A DNA stretch of 32,000 nt from Candidatus Thorarchaeota archaeon (GTDB lineage Archaea; Asgardarchaeota; Heimdallarchaeia; Hodarchaeales; Hodarchaeaceae), in contig JBHLRO010000013.1 of assembly GCA_048882505.1 (NCBI GenBank), positions 60,001 to 92,000 of the forward strand, in the 5' to 3' direction. Below, in pieces: positions 1-8,735 of the stretch (position 1 is the stretch's first letter; the number at the start of each line of letters is the position of its first letter). Both the position numbers and the translations under genes were made by a program. The notes under the pieces are model-generated. The model searched no databases and had not been told where the DNA came from. It saw nothing but the letters and a program-made list of their open reading frames with translations.

Positions 1-403
1 GAAAGAGCACGGGTTTTTTTTTACCCTCGATTCCCGCCAGATGGCCGCTACGCAGTCCAATGTAACCTTCGACAGTCCCTGTATCTGTAAGAAACCTTAA
101 GGGAACTCCCGATAGGAACCGTGCATCCGGAGTGGTAGCTGCTGTGTTAAAAGCAACCTTTAAAAATCCGTTGGGAAGAATTCGCTCAACCAGGAACCCT
201 ATCGTATCTGCATGCCCTACAATAGCGATATGTTTTCCTTCCCCTTCCAGGCGACCGAACAAATTGCCGACCTTGTCTTCCGACGTTTTTAACCCCATTC
301 CCTTCCAATTGTTTCTGAGAAAGTGTTGAACAGCCCCTTCTCGACCTACGGGTCCAGGTATTTCTGCTAGTTGCTTCAACAATCCAAAAATATCATGATC
401 CAT
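1..403 (-). CDS. M42 family metallo-aminopeptidase (TET/Frv-like), N-terminal part; runs off the left edge
   Basis: Absent from the ORF track; hand-translated from ATG at 403: MDHDIFGLLKQLAEIPGPVGREGAVQHFL...DKVGNLFGRLEGEGKHIAIVGHADTIGFLVERILPNGFLKV...GYIGLRSGHL. The PGPxGxE, DxxGN and HxDxIGFxV motifs are typical of M42 peptidases. Frame stays open to position 1. Confidence 0.9.
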   Translation of the reverse strand, partial: MDHDIFGLLKQLAEIPGPVGREGAVQHFLRNNWKGMGLKTSEDKVGNLFGRLEGEGKHIAIVGHADTIGFLVERILPNGFLKVAFNTAATTPDARFLSGVPLRFLTDTGTVEGYIGLRSGHLAGIEGKKKPVLF

Positions 404-882
404 TTTTATCCAGTCCGAATTAAATGATTGAACTTGTACTTAATAAGAGACCATTTAGAAAACCAATATCTAATCCGCTTAACTCGAAATTGAAAATCTG
501 TCCTTAGCAATTTATTTCATTATTCATAAGGGAACGAAGGGTTTTAGCATCATGGTACCAAAAGAGAGATCATTAGAAACCCAGTCTAATGCTAAGGTTC
601 CCCTGTGACTTAATAATGCGAAGTATACAAGATTCGGCCTGATAATATCAATCCTTAATGGTTTGTGTTTATCCTGTTCCTCATTCTTCAAATCTGAGAT
701 CCTATAACTCCTCTAAGAGGCTCGTTAAAGCTCTTGCTCTTCCTGAAAACTTACACTGTCTAATCAAGATTTTTTTAGATCTTGAAGGAATATCTTATTA
801 ATAATTCCCCGTGGCTAGTAGCCTGCATATACCAAATTCAGATAGACTTGATATACCGTCAGAAAGCTGTGATGAGGTACTG

Positions 883-2490
883 ATGAATAAACGAGAACTA
901 GTGATGGTTATTTTACCAACAAGTTACCTTTGGCTACTTACTAGTCTTTTCCTCCTTTTATATGCCTTTGATATTCTGGAAATCGTCTTTGAAACACAAA
1001 CCCAGCTTGAAATTCTGAATCCTGGCATAGTAATCCTTTTCACAACTGCTTGTTTAGCTACCGCAGCTCTTTTTCTTTCTGGATATATTATTGACAAAGC
1101 GCCTCAGCTTACTAAGACTACTATTCTCGTTTCGTTGTTTATGAGCTCTATATCGCTGTCAGGAATTGCATTGGGGATCTCCTTTCCGTTTTTGCTAATT
1201 ATTGCACTTCCATTACTCGGAATCTTTCTTGGAACCTTGGCATCTGCTTCAGGGGCCGCATTTGCAGCTTATTCCGATGTAAGTTTACGAGGACGAATAT
1301 ATGCGCTCTCTATATTCTTGAGTGCAGTCATCGCGCTTTTTATACTACTATCTAGTTCCATTATGTCACTACTCCCAAGCTATCCACTCGTGATAATTTC
1401 CGCTATTGGATTTCTCTGTTTCATTTTTGTGTCTTTGAGCTCTAAAACAATCTTTCCGTGGAAAAATGACCCTTTTCCCACTTCAATTCTAAAAATTATC
1501 AATCGTAGATCTGTTCAAGCTTATCTTACTGCTCAATTCTTTATATATCTCATGCTTGGAATCGTATTTGTCACAATACCTCAGATTGGAAGCTATCGTC
1601 ACCCGATGGTATCTATAGGTGGGTTTTCGCTCGATCAGCGGATAGTATTCTGGGGTTTAGTTTTCTTGGGTGATTTGATTGCTGTCATCCCTGCTGGAAT
1701 AATAGCTGATCGGGTTGGACGTAAGAACCTGATAGTGGTTGGGGCATACCTCATCGTTGTCTCAACCTTGAATCTTGGGCTTAGCGAGGATATGTGGATG
1801 TTTTTGTTTTCTGCTTACATACTGGGTATTAGTTTTGGTCTAATCCATCCTGCTGCGAGTGTTTGGTGTGATTTAAGTCCACTGGATTCGATTGGACGTT
1901 ATATGGCGTTAAATTATGTCAGTTTATTACAGGGAGTCGGCGTCGGACTATTTTTTGGCTTATTTGTCGTATCAGGAAATAATGCCAGTACCATTAGCTA
2001 TATCTTAATCGGTGTAACAGTTTTAGCGCTATTACCATTATTTTTTGTGTCTGATTCGTATCAACCCTTAGACATATTCCTTCTTCTTCTTAGCATCAAT
2101 GGCATGGCATGTTTCGATTATGCGTTCAAAAAGGACAAAGAAGTGACCCAGAAAGACCTATCACTAGTTGCAGGTGCTCTATCAGCTATTAGTACCTTCT
2201 TTGAGTCAGTGGATAGACAACATGCAACTCTAGACCTTGTCAGGCATGGAAATGTGTTTATAGTCCAAACGAAGGTACAAACGAAAAGCGGGGAACTCGT
2301 TGGAACGTTATTTGCAAACAAAAATGATCCCGAGCTTTACCGGCACTTAAAAGAATTTATGAGAAGTTTTTGCAAACAATACTCCGATCCTCTAATGGAT
2401 TGGAAGGGGGAGTTGCGTGTTTTTCATGGGGCTTCAGAGATCGCGGAAGAAGTTTTTGGTCCTCTACTTCCCTCCAGAACAGTCAGTTAA
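883..2490 (+). CDS. MFS transporter (12 TM) fused to C-terminal longin-like domain, paralogue A
   Basis: About 12 hydrophobic segments and MFS motif A (IADRVGRKNLI), then a soluble ~140-aa tail from ~2068 (LDIFLLLLSINGMACFDY...LVAGALSAISTFF...LVRHGNVFIV...LFANK...WKGELRVF...AEEVF) with a longin-like beta-beta-alpha-beta-beta-beta-alpha-alpha pattern. The ORF track starts at GTG 811; ATG 883, preceded by GAGGT, is the more likely start. Confidence 0.85.
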   Translation: MNKRELVMVILPTSYLWLLTSLFLLLYAFDILEIVFETQTQLEILNPGIVILFTTACLATAALFLSGYIIDKAPQLTKTTILVSLFMSSISLSGIALGISFPFLLIIALPLLGIFLGTLASASGAAFAAYSDVSLRGRIYALSIFLSAVIALFILLSSSIMSLLPSYPLVIISAIGFLCFIFVSLSSKTIFPWKNDPFPTSILKIINRRSVQAYLTAQFFIYLMLGIVFVTIPQIGSYRHPMVSIGGFSLDQRIVFWGLVFLGDLIAVIPAGIIADRVGRKNLIVVGAYLIVVSTLNLGLSEDMWMFLFSAYILGISFGLIHPAASVWCDLSPLDSIGRYMALNYVSLLQGVGVGLFFGLFVVSGNNASTISYILIGVTVLALLPLFFVSDSYQPLDIFLLLLSINGMACFDYAFKKDKEVTQKDLSLVAGALSAISTFFESVDRQHATLDLVRHGNVFIVQTKVQTKSGELVGTLFANKNDPELYRHLKEFMRSFCKQYSDPLMDWKGELRVFHGASEIAEEVFGPLLPSRTVS

Positions 2491-2759
2491 ACTCATAAGA
2501 GGAATTTTACGGGCATCTCGATATCTTCTGAATAATGGATCCAAAACGAGAGCAGAAATCGCAATTTTCTGAGTTTTTCAGGATGAAATCTGGTTATATT
2601 GCTTTGTCTCGATCTTTCTAGATGATATTCTAAATTGCCAGAAAATCCAGTCTTAAACCAGATCCCGCCGTTTAGAATTCAAATTTAATTTTTCAAATCT
2701 CTTTCTTTCGATGCCATCACCACGGATTTTATGAATAATATGCTTAAGGTTGTTTCAAG

Positions 2760-3200
2760 ATGTCCCCTAATGATAAAAAGCCCGAAAAGGAATGGAAAAA
2801 GCTCTCTCGCGATGAATGGCGTGATCTCCTTACAAATGAACAATATTACATTCTTCGAGACAAGGGAACCGAACGTGCATTCACGGGAAAATACTGGAAC
2901 CACTTTGAAGAAGGTGTATACACCTGTGCCGGATGTGGAACCAAACTATTTGAGTCACAAGCCAAGTTCGACTCAGATTGTGGGTGGCCAAGTTTCTCGG
3001 AACCCATGAAAGAGGAAACAGTACAAGAAAAATCAGATACTAGCTTTGGTATGCGTCGTACGGAGGTCTTATGCGATAATTGCGGAGGCCATTTAGGACA
3101 CGTGTTTAACGATGGGCCCAAAGAACGAGGTGGACTCAGATATTGCATTAACTCGGCCTCATTGAAGTTTAATAAGGTTCCTGACGAAAATCCAGATTGA
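2760..3200 (+). CDS. msrB: Peptide-methionine (R)-S-oxide reductase MsrB
   Basis: [12 protein letters not shown] and CDNC zinc-binding pairs, [15 protein letters not shown] and catalytic RYCINS (Cys codon TGC, not Sec). Confidence 0.97.
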   Translation: MSPNDKKPEKEWKKLSRDEWRDLLTNEQYYILRDKGTERAFTGKYWNHFEEGVYTCAGCGTKLFESQAKFDSDCGWPSFSEPMKEETVQEKSDTSFGMRRTEVLCDNCGGHLGHVFNDGPKERGGLRYCINSASLKFNKVPDENPD

Positions 3201-3297
3201 TGGGAAATTTAGCCGAATAACAGTTACTTCGGACAACAGTGTGTTCAGATCTGTTGATTGGATTATTGCCATGGCTATTCGGGGATTCTAGCAAGTA

Positions 3298-3319
3298 TAT
3301 GATTTTAACGAAAATCATA
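3298..3319. repeat. Perfect 9-bp inverted repeat (TATGATTTT-aacg-AAAATCATA) between msrB and the methyltransferase; possible operator or hairpin
   Basis: Read directly from the sequence; function not established. Confidence 0.4.
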
Positions 3320-3513
3320 GGCCTCTTTTAATATTGGCAAAGGGATTCTCCAGGGACGGAGGAATATCCACGTCAATCTGACGATTTGATGCTCTTAACA
3401 AGGTTTTTCTCTAAATCTACCTTGCAGGATCATTTCCTTCATAAATCGCAAGAATCTTCTGATTTAAGAAGAGAAATTCTAATTTATAACCGATAAGCCT
3501 TAGAGGTATTGAA

Positions 3514-4284
3514 ATGGAAGAGCTGTTGGATGAAAAAAAACTTGAAATGAAAATAAAAGAGATGTATCATAAAGTTGCGTTGTTTCCCTTCCAATCGTAT
3601 CATATAGAGATTGGAAGAACATTAGCAGAAAAATTAGGATATTTACCTCAAGATTTGGATAAAATCCCGAAAGAAGCAGTTGAATCATTTGCTGGTGTTG
3701 GCAATCCCTTCGATTACGCTGACATAAAAGAAGGAGAAGTTGTTTTGGATTTAGGGAGCGGTTCTGGGATGGATAGCTTTATTGCCGCAATGAAAACTGG
3801 GAAATCAGGAAAGGTATACGGTGTCGATATTACAGTCACACAACTGGACAATGCAGAAAAAGCGCGAAACCTTATTAAAATAAACAACATAGAATTTCAT
3901 GAAGCAAACATTAGTTCACTACCATTTGAAGACGACAGTATTGATGTTATCATCAGTAATAATGTAATAAACCTTTCACCAGAAAAATTGGATGTTTTTA
4001 AAGAAATTTCCCGAGTCCTCAAACGTAACGGAAGATTAGCGGTTTCAGATGTTCTTTCGGAGAGGAAACTTGGAAAAAAAGTCAAAAATGATGCAGATCT
4101 TTGGGCAGCTTGTGTGGCAGGCGCAGCAGATCAAAATGAATATCGTAGAATTATCGATCAAGTAGGTATGGAAGTTATCGACATTCATGAAAACCCGGAA
4201 TACCAGTTCCGGTCAGAGTCAGCGATCGCAGCCAGCAGAGAGTTTGGTGTGAAGAGCGTTACATATCTTGCTAAGAAGAGGTAA
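3514..4284 (+). CDS. SAM-dependent methyltransferase, arsenite methyltransferase (ArsM/AS3MT)-like family
   Basis: ESFAGVGNPF, VLDLGSGSGMD (SAM motif I), DVIISNNVINL, VLKRNGRL and LWAACVAGA; GAGGT RBS upstream. Only one Cys, so the arsM symbol is withheld. Confidence 0.8.
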   Translation: MEELLDEKKLEMKIKEMYHKVALFPFQSYHIEIGRTLAEKLGYLPQDLDKIPKEAVESFAGVGNPFDYADIKEGEVVLDLGSGSGMDSFIAAMKTGKSGKVYGVDITVTQLDNAEKARNLIKINNIEFHEANISSLPFEDDSIDVIISNNVINLSPEKLDVFKEISRVLKRNGRLAVSDVLSERKLGKKVKNDADLWAACVAGAADQNEYRRIIDQVGMEVIDIHENPEYQFRSESAIAASREFGVKSVTYLAKKR

Positions 4285-4633
4285 AAACGATTTTTTCACC
4301 CACAGAATATCGGAATATACAAGATAAATGAAAATCCATTGGTTGAATTGCAATATTCTTTTTCTTCGCTCGGGATCAAAAAAAGGGGCTTCGATAAATC
4401 TAGCGCCCAAAAATTCCTAATGACTGAATCAATTGAAATAAATGCCCGTTTTTCCCAATTATAATGTTAAATAACTTCTTCTCTGGACATTGTTTTGCGG
4501 ATAAACTTGGAAGATACTTTTAAGAAGATACAATACTCAGAATCTGGGATTATTTCTGCCCATACCTATCAGTATTTATATTCGGGGAAGCGGTTCATGA
4601 GACATAAAGCGTATGACTTCTTTGTAGGGTGGT

Positions 4634-5383
4634 TTGACCATGGTTATATGCGACAAATGCGAAACTTATAACGAGAAAGGATCTGTATTTTGTGCAGCTT
4701 GTGGTTTTCAACTTTCAAGTTCAAACCAAGCTGATTTTCTGAAGGATGAGGTAGAAATTAAAAAAGAGCGGAATAAATCCTTGGCAATTTCCCCAAAATT
4801 TCAGAGTAAACAAGTCATCCATGATGAAAAAATCCTCCCCGCTAATTTTCCCTTTACTAATTACTTGATTATCCTCATTGGAGGTTTTAGTATTATAGTA
4901 GGATTTACTTCCTTGTTTGACAGATTCCCTTCTTTGCCGCCGATGCCGCGAATGCCGACAATACCATCCCTTCCTCCCCTTACGGGATCAATTTTTATTC
5001 CCCTTGGATTAACTATACTCGCCGCTATCATCGTTTTTCTTGTGGCCAGGGATTCGAGTCGTGATCCGGTTATCTTCTGGATTATAGAGGTTCTTATTCT
5101 AACAATAGGATTATCCACTCTTATTCCCGAATCTAGTACCATATTGATTCCCATTGGAATGACAATATCTGGACTTCTAATCGTTTTTCTTTTTTCGCGT
5201 CGTTCTGACCGACCTTCGGGAGTGTATGCGGGTCTATACATTGCAGTTCTCGTGGCTGGCACTGTTTTGTTGATTCCGAGTTCTTCCAACATCATTATCC
5301 CCCTTGGCTTCATCCTTATCGGTTTTTCATTGTTTGCATGGGGGATCCGATTTAGGCCGGAAACGCCCTCTGGTACCTTATAA
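4634..5383 (+). CDS. Zinc-ribbon membrane protein with Pro-rich loop and repeated TM hairpins (hypothetical)
   Basis: N-terminal CDKC...CAACG zinc ribbon, charged linker, one TM, PSLPPMPRMPTIPSLPPL, then ~5 TMs. ATG 4640 is an alternative to TTG 4634. Confidence 0.7.
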   Translation: MTMVICDKCETYNEKGSVFCAACGFQLSSSNQADFLKDEVEIKKERNKSLAISPKFQSKQVIHDEKILPANFPFTNYLIILIGGFSIIVGFTSLFDRFPSLPPMPRMPTIPSLPPLTGSIFIPLGLTILAAIIVFLVARDSSRDPVIFWIIEVLILTIGLSTLIPESSTILIPIGMTISGLLIVFLFSRRSDRPSGVYAGLYIAVLVAGTVLLIPSSSNIIIPLGFILIGFSLFAWGIRFRPETPSGTL

Positions 5384-5671
5384 AGGTAAACGCGAAGTGT
5401 AAAAACTATCCTCTGGAAGAAAATAATACAAAGATCGTAAAGATTCAAAAAAAGATAACAAACGACACTTCAGGCCTAATTTTAGCGTTTTTATGGGAAA
5501 TCTAATCTGGCCATATAATGACAAGAGAAAACAGATATCTAGAGACGTTACGATCGTCTCGTTTTATCCTAAAAAGAACTCGAAAAAGGTTTTAGAATCG
5601 CTGGCGGAATCGAGATACCATTCTAAAATAATGGTGCTCCCACATTTTACGCGTATATGGATGGATAATCA

Positions 5672-7360
5672 GTGAGTAGTCGCCATACTATTGTCATTAT
5701 GATTCCGACTATCTTTAGCTGGGTGTTAGCGTCTTTATTGCTCTTAGTGTATCCCTTTGACATTCTGGAATATGTTGAAACATTACCTACGAATCCTCTG
5801 GCTGGTTTAGGCTTGTTTTTGCTTGGAGGGATTCTTGTTCTGGCCGTTGCTTCCCTTTTTCTAACCGGAGACGTATTAGATAAGCATCCTGAGTATTTGA
5901 GACAAATTACAACAATTGGACTCGTTGGATGTTCCACTTCAGTGGTGTTGCTTGTACTCTTGGTTGAATACGGGCTATTCATACTAATTTCACTCGTGGG
6001 ATTAGCTGTGTTTTTTGGAATAACGATAACAAGCGCTGGCACGTTATTTGCAGGGCTTATCCCTCTTCAAAAACGAGGAAGTATCTATTCTCTTGGAATA
6101 TTTGTATTTATTTTAATTTCTTTGGTGAGTATCCTCTTAGGTGGACTTATATCGTCTCGTTTCGTTAGTGGCCTTCTTACTATGTCTTGGGTTAGTATTC
6201 TTCCTTTACTTGGCATCTTGGGAATCGGATTGTCGGTGATATTCTGGTTATTTTCACAAGATCTAGAGAAGCCTTGGATAAATGACAGATGGCCCACCCA
6301 TATTCGGAAAATCGTTGGAAGAAGATCTGTTAAAGCTTACCTCCTTACTCACGTTTTCATTTACCTCATGCTTGGAATTAGCATTGCAAGCTTTGCACGT
6401 ATCGGGGAAATATCATTTGATACTTCATGGGTCATTACTATCCCATCTTTTGATGTGTTTGAACTTCCTAAAGACAAAGTGTTCTGGTTTGTGGTTCTCC
6501 TAGGAGATTTGATATTTATTCTGTTCGCAGGTAGACTTTCTGACAGGATTGGTCGAAAGTCCCTTGTTGTAATTGCTCTGTACGGCATTGTATTTGCATC
6601 TTTGATATTTGGTCTCGAACGAACCCCGGGAAGTTTCTTGGTTGCTGCGTTCCTAACTGGTGGTTCATTCGCGTTGCTTCACCCTACTTTAGATTCGTGT
6701 ATTTGGGCCGATCTATCCCCCCGAGATGGCCTTGGCAGGTATTTTGCCTTGGGATTTATTTCATTAGCTATAGGTTTAGGCATCGGAACTGCAATAGGAC
6801 ATTGGATGCTCCAACCTACCCTTGATAACATAGGATTCATTACCTATATTCTTACTATTTTGGCTATTATGGGTGCTTTTCCCCTTTTTTGGGTAGCGGA
6901 CAGTTTTGAACCTTTAGAATTCACATTACTCATTGTTATAGAGGAGGGGGGACTTAATATCTTTGATTATTCCTTTGGAAGAGAAATAGATGTTGAATTG
7001 ACCCTTCTATCAGGAGCACTAACCGCCGTATCAAGTTTTTTTTCTGAAACTCTAAAAGAAAAAGGGATTTTAAATCTGGTAAGACATGGAAGTCATTTCA
7101 TCCTAACCGATCGGGATGCTGAAACAGGACTCTCAGCAGCCGTGTTTAGTAATAAGCTGGATCCGGAACTTCACTCCTCCCTAGGTAAATTTCTACGAAG
7201 ATTTAGTAAGGACTACGGTACAGTCATAAAATCATGGAACGGAGCTCGTTCAAAATTCGATGGAGCAGCAGAGCTCGCAGAGGAATTTTTTGGTCATCTT
7301 TCCCCCTCACGTGATCTCTCCAATACAAAAAAACCCCAGAACATGGTTTCCGCGTTATAG
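5672..7360 (+). CDS. MFS transporter (12 TM) fused to C-terminal longin-like domain, paralogue B
   Basis: Motif A RLSDRIGRKSL. Colinear with 883-2490 (FDILE, PWxNDxxPT, FIYLMLG, GDL, HP, WxDLSPxDxxGRY). Soluble tail from ~6914 (LEFTLLIVIEEGGLNIFDY...LLSGALTAVSSFF...LVRHGSHFIL...VFSNK...WNGARSKF...AEEFF). GTG start. Confidence 0.85.
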   Translation: MSSRHTIVIMIPTIFSWVLASLLLLVYPFDILEYVETLPTNPLAGLGLFLLGGILVLAVASLFLTGDVLDKHPEYLRQITTIGLVGCSTSVVLLVLLVEYGLFILISLVGLAVFFGITITSAGTLFAGLIPLQKRGSIYSLGIFVFILISLVSILLGGLISSRFVSGLLTMSWVSILPLLGILGIGLSVIFWLFSQDLEKPWINDRWPTHIRKIVGRRSVKAYLLTHVFIYLMLGISIASFARIGEISFDTSWVITIPSFDVFELPKDKVFWFVVLLGDLIFILFAGRLSDRIGRKSLVVIALYGIVFASLIFGLERTPGSFLVAAFLTGGSFALLHPTLDSCIWADLSPRDGLGRYFALGFISLAIGLGIGTAIGHWMLQPTLDNIGFITYILTILAIMGAFPLFWVADSFEPLEFTLLIVIEEGGLNIFDYSFGREIDVELTLLSGALTAVSSFFSETLKEKGILNLVRHGSHFILTDRDAETGLSAAVFSNKLDPELHSSLGKFLRRFSKDYGTVIKSWNGARSKFDGAAELAEEFFGHLSPSRDLSNTKKPQNMVSAL

Positions 7361-7395
7361 ACCGAAAAACCTGAATTTACCTAGCTGGAAATATC

Positions 7396-8292
7396 ATGTC
7401 ACAAAATATTTTCTTGCGATTAAGGGGACCTAATATCGTTGGATCGGCCCTCTTTGTTTTGACGGGCTTTTTGTTTGCGGTTCGAGAAACCCATTCATTT
7501 GACTGGATCAGAGCTGTCTTAATCACTCTCTCAATGTTATGTTTCAATATTTATATTTGGATTTCAAATGACTTTTACGACGCTCCGTACGATGCAGAGG
7601 ACGAATTGAAAGGGACTCGAAATGTGTTTTGCGAGCAACCAGATAGTCGGGAATACAAAATTGGATTAGGTGCCATGTGGCTTTCCTTAGTAGGAGGGCT
7701 CGTGATTGGGTTTTTGGCTGGTTGGATTTATTTTGCCTTTACTGCCGTAGGAATGGTATTGGCATATCTATATACAAGCCCAACCTTTCGGGCGAAAAGT
7801 AGGGCCGGCTGGGACTGGTTATTTCACACTGTTTGGTTCTTGATCTCTTTTCTCCCCCTTTATCTATTTATTCACGGATTTAATGTGATATGGGGTATTG
7901 AAGAAAGTAACATTCAGTTTTATGCTGTTTTCCTCTACATCGGTCTCGCTTCCCTTCTGGGGCAGATTAATCATCAAATTCCTGATTATAATATTGATAA
8001 AGAAACTGGGCAAATGACCACAGTTGTAGTTCTTGGAGTGGCGCGTACCAAGCAAATTAGGTATATCGTTTACGTTTTGATCGCTTCTAGTACAGTTGTT
8101 TTGTTTCTTATAACTGGATCTTATATTGGCCTTATTCTAATCCTAATTTATTCTCTGTTTTTGGTTTTTAAGACGAGGAATAAGGACCCCGCGGATATCC
8201 GAAGAGTAGAGGATGTCCCTTTCGTATGGATATACTTCTTTATCTTAGATTATCTGATTCTTTCTCCGTTTATCTTGACATTTCTTTCGTAA
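7396..8292 (+). CDS. UbiA-family prenyltransferase (subfamily undetermined)
   Basis: Multi-TM protein with first Asp motif NDFYDAPYD, YLYTSPTFRAK loop and second motif QIPDYNIDKETGQMTTVVVLG. Starts 35 nt after MFS-longin B. Confidence 0.88.
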   Translation: MSQNIFLRLRGPNIVGSALFVLTGFLFAVRETHSFDWIRAVLITLSMLCFNIYIWISNDFYDAPYDAEDELKGTRNVFCEQPDSREYKIGLGAMWLSLVGGLVIGFLAGWIYFAFTAVGMVLAYLYTSPTFRAKSRAGWDWLFHTVWFLISFLPLYLFIHGFNVIWGIEESNIQFYAVFLYIGLASLLGQINHQIPDYNIDKETGQMTTVVVLGVARTKQIRYIVYVLIASSTVVLFLITGSYIGLILILIYSLFLVFKTRNKDPADIRRVEDVPFVWIYFFILDYLILSPFILTFLS

Positions 8293-8597
8293 CATCGTAT
8301 TTGTACATTATGGCCATAATTAATGACGATTACAATTTTAACTCCTATTTTGCCTGTCTGAATAATTTCAATCCCTTCATGTAATTCCCCAGCGCTTCTA
8401 TAAATGCCAGACAGATAAGACTGGTCTGTTAAGAATGAGAATTCAATAATCGAGTTTGGCCATTCCGATCTTTATGGCTAAAACCGGTTTCTTTATTAAT
8501 GGCAAATAGTATCGATCCATCTCCGACAAAAGAAGGAGGTACCAACAAAAAGCCCCCTTTTCAGCATCGTAATGGAACCGTAACTCCACAGGATAGG

Positions 8598-8675
8598 TCT
8601 GTCTAAAGATTTCCATTTGTTGTCCCGATTCTGTCTAAATCATAACGATTCATCATAATAGTTTTTCTAGACAGA
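8598..8675. repeat. TCTGTCTA motif, two direct copies (8598, 8630) and one inverted copy (8668)
   Basis: TCTGTCTAAA at 8598-8607 and 8630-8639; TAGACAGA at 8668-8675; AGACAGA also at 8409. Lies between convergent genes. Confidence 0.45.
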
Positions 8676-8735
8676 TCCTACGAAATTCAGGATAATTTTG
8701 GAACCATTCTTGCAAGAGGGGTTTTTTTGAAAGTT

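Noticed and set aside
10-23. Poly-T run as a phase-variation or slippage site
   Set aside because: It encodes Lys-Lys-Lys in the intact M42 peptidase frame.
2731-3148. Overlapping ORFs 2731-3009 (+), 2685-2903 (-) and 2846-3148 (-)
   Set aside because: Alternative frames of msrB, which explains the region fully.
3200-3513. Possible SECIS element or selenoprotein recoding near msrB and the ArsM-like gene
   Set aside because: MsrB uses TGC at the catalytic position, neither ORF has an in-frame TGA, and the hairpins lack a convincing SECIS core.
4861-5448. 195-aa minus-strand ORF
   Set aside because: Antisense shadow of the hydrophobic zinc-ribbon membrane gene; no motifs.
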